From Felis catus (lineage: Eukaryota), in the NCBI RefSeq assembly GCF_018350175.1, contig NC_058368.1:145268001-145332000 (forward strand): a DNA stretch of 64,000 nt, given 5' to 3'. Positions 62,066 to 64,000 of the stretch are shown here, piece by piece. The notes beneath the pieces are model-generated. The model was not told the origin of the DNA. It was given only the letters and a program-made list of their open reading frames with translations, and did not search any database. The translations under genes were made by a program, and so were the position numbers. The number at the start of each line of letters is the position of its first letter. The first letter of the stretch is position 1.

Positions 62066-62815
62066 TTTACGCTTTGTTCAGAGTGTTTTGTGCTTACTGA
62101 ATCAGTAGTTGAATGACCAGGTGACTCTCATGTTTTACAGCTTGCCCAAGCATGTTTTCTGTTTGACCATATCCTGATTTTATTTAACATATGGCAGAAG
62201 AACAGTTATTTTATTAAATATTAAGGAACATTTTCTGGAATGTATGTGTTCTATGAGACAAGTGATACCAATGAAAGATTTGTAGTGTGGCAGAAAGGTA
62301 GGGGGCCTCTGGCGCAATCACGTGGAGGTTGGGAAAGCAAACACAGGATTGAAATCCCTAAACCCATCCTAAGCCAAATCCCTCCTCCTAAGGGAAGGTC
62401 AGCTTGTGTTTCAGTCTGGTATTTGTTCACTGAGCCTTATCCACAGTGAAACCTGAGATGGCAAGCCTCCCAAAGGCTTTACTCAGCCCTAAAAGCTTAT
62501 GCTCAAGCCTCAGGTTGTGAGGGTGTGCTGAGAAGGCTAAAGAGTGCTGTTGGCTTCAGGATTTGAGGCTTGAACATTTTTGTACTCTAGGAATACGGGT
62601 GTATTGTGAAAAGTTTTTGTTGCTTTATGTTCGTTCTTCTTCCTTTTTATTCTCTCCCCTTTTCCACAGCAAAGTCATCTGTTTTTAAATGTTCTGATGA
62701 TTTTTTTTTGTTTTTAATTTTATATCTTATCCTTTTACTACATTTATTTAAAGGAAAGTTTTGTCTCTGATAGCTTGACATTGTTAGTTTACTTTTTATC
62801 TTCAAGACCCTACTG

Positions 62816-63032
62816 TTTTTTTTTTTAAGTTTATTTATTTATTTTGAGAGAGAGAGAGAAAGCACGAGCCAAGCAGGGGAGGGGCAAAGACAGAGGGAGA
62901 GAGAAGACCCAATTAGGCTTCATGCTGCGAGTGAGGAGCCTGATATAGGGCCAAGCTCACAAACTGTGAGATCATGACCTGAGCTGAAATCAAGAGTCAA
63001 ACGCTTAACCGACTGATCCACCCTCGTGCCCC
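62816..63032 (-). mobile_element. Can-SINE
   Basis: gagatcatgacctgagctgaaatcaagagtc. Confidence 0.94.
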
Positions 63033-63759
63033 ATTATTGGTTTTATTTTAATCAAAAACTATTCATATATTGATTATATTTGTAGATTTGGTGATATAAG
63101 AAAATTTATTCAAAGTGGATCTAAAATGGTTGAGTATTTCTGAAATTTGCTGATAGTAATTGAAGTATAATTATTGGGTAAAGCTTGCCAATGTCAAAGG
63201 AATAATGATTTTACATGTAATATACATATAAGCCACATATTATCTACCTATAATTCATATGTAGTTCTTTTCACAGCTCTTATCATTTGGTACTCAGAAT
63301 AGCAATCTATCAGCATGCTTTTAGATGTTTCTAAAAGCATCTAAGAAATGTTCCATCTTGCATGCATAAAACATTTAAATTTAGCTTTCATGTGATTCTT
63401 AGGTATTATGTTTTCGAATAAGATTATACAGTTCTGTGGTTGTTTTGCTATTAAAACATTCTTAACTGATTTCCATATCAATTGATTCTATGCCTTGCTG
63501 TAATGTAAATAACCCCTAAAGATACAGCAAACTAGTGTTTGCTCTTTAGTAAACAGCTCTATCAGTAACTTTTTCAAAGATGTGGGCAGGCTTATCAATA
63601 TTATCGATGTCAGTGCCTGACAGATTGTGAGCATATCTTTTTTCTCAGGAATCCTTTGGTTGATTTAGCTTTTAACATTCCTCCACCAGATCTACAGAGC
63701 CTCATAACATGGTCAGGCTGAGAAGTTTTTTTGCTTATTTGACTGAGATCTTACTAATT

Positions 63760-63885
63760 AAAAACTCTAAACTCCTTTAAGGCAGGGACACTGCTTGTCT
63801 TGTTCTTGTATTTCTATAGCACCTAGCACAGTGCCTGGCATACACTAGATTCTCTGTAAGTTTGTGAAAAGAATGGATAAATGTT
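63760..63885 (+). mobile_element. L2 3' end
   Basis: gcacctagcacagtgcctggcatacac. Confidence 0.8.
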
Positions 63886-63944
63886 AATAGGCTTAACAGT
63901 TTCTATTTTCCACAGAGAGAGAGCCAGTATGAATGTAGACCTAC

Positions 63945-64000
63945 AGGGATGATTAATTTTATATGTCATCTTGACTGATCTAAGAGATGCCCAGATAACT
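63945..64000 (+). mobile_element. Start of an MLT2 LTR, running off the window
   Basis: gatgattaattttatatgtcatcttgactgatctaagagatgcccagata. Confidence 0.75.

Overview
AT-rich, repeat-dense mammalian genomic DNA. About 30 tRNA-derived Can-SINEs of the feline SINEC_Fc type and L1_Fc-type 3' ends point to a felid genome. There is no intact protein-coding gene: nearly all listed ORFs are spurious frames across SINE, LINE, LTR or microsatellite DNA. The main finding is a heavily decayed, intron-containing minus-strand pseudogene at about 37.3 to 24.6 kb. Its exon remnants translate, in collinear order and mostly with GT/AG borders, into motifs of the ZSWIM4/5/6/8 family (Elongin B/C-cullin E3 adaptors). 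It resembles ZSWIM8 in its N-terminal half and ZSWIM4-6 near its C-terminus, which suggests a distinct, long-lost paralog. Old elements (L2, MER45A, Tigger) sit inside former coding exons. Other observations: a U2 snRNA 5'-fragment retrocopy, a solo LTR with a 5-bp TSD, an L1 3' transduction, repeated SINE insertion into the same targets, one-sided SINE orientation from 28 kb onward, and a template-switch palindrome. All family assignments and reference protein motifs come from recall and by-eye alignment, not database searches. Boundaries of old repeats are approximate.
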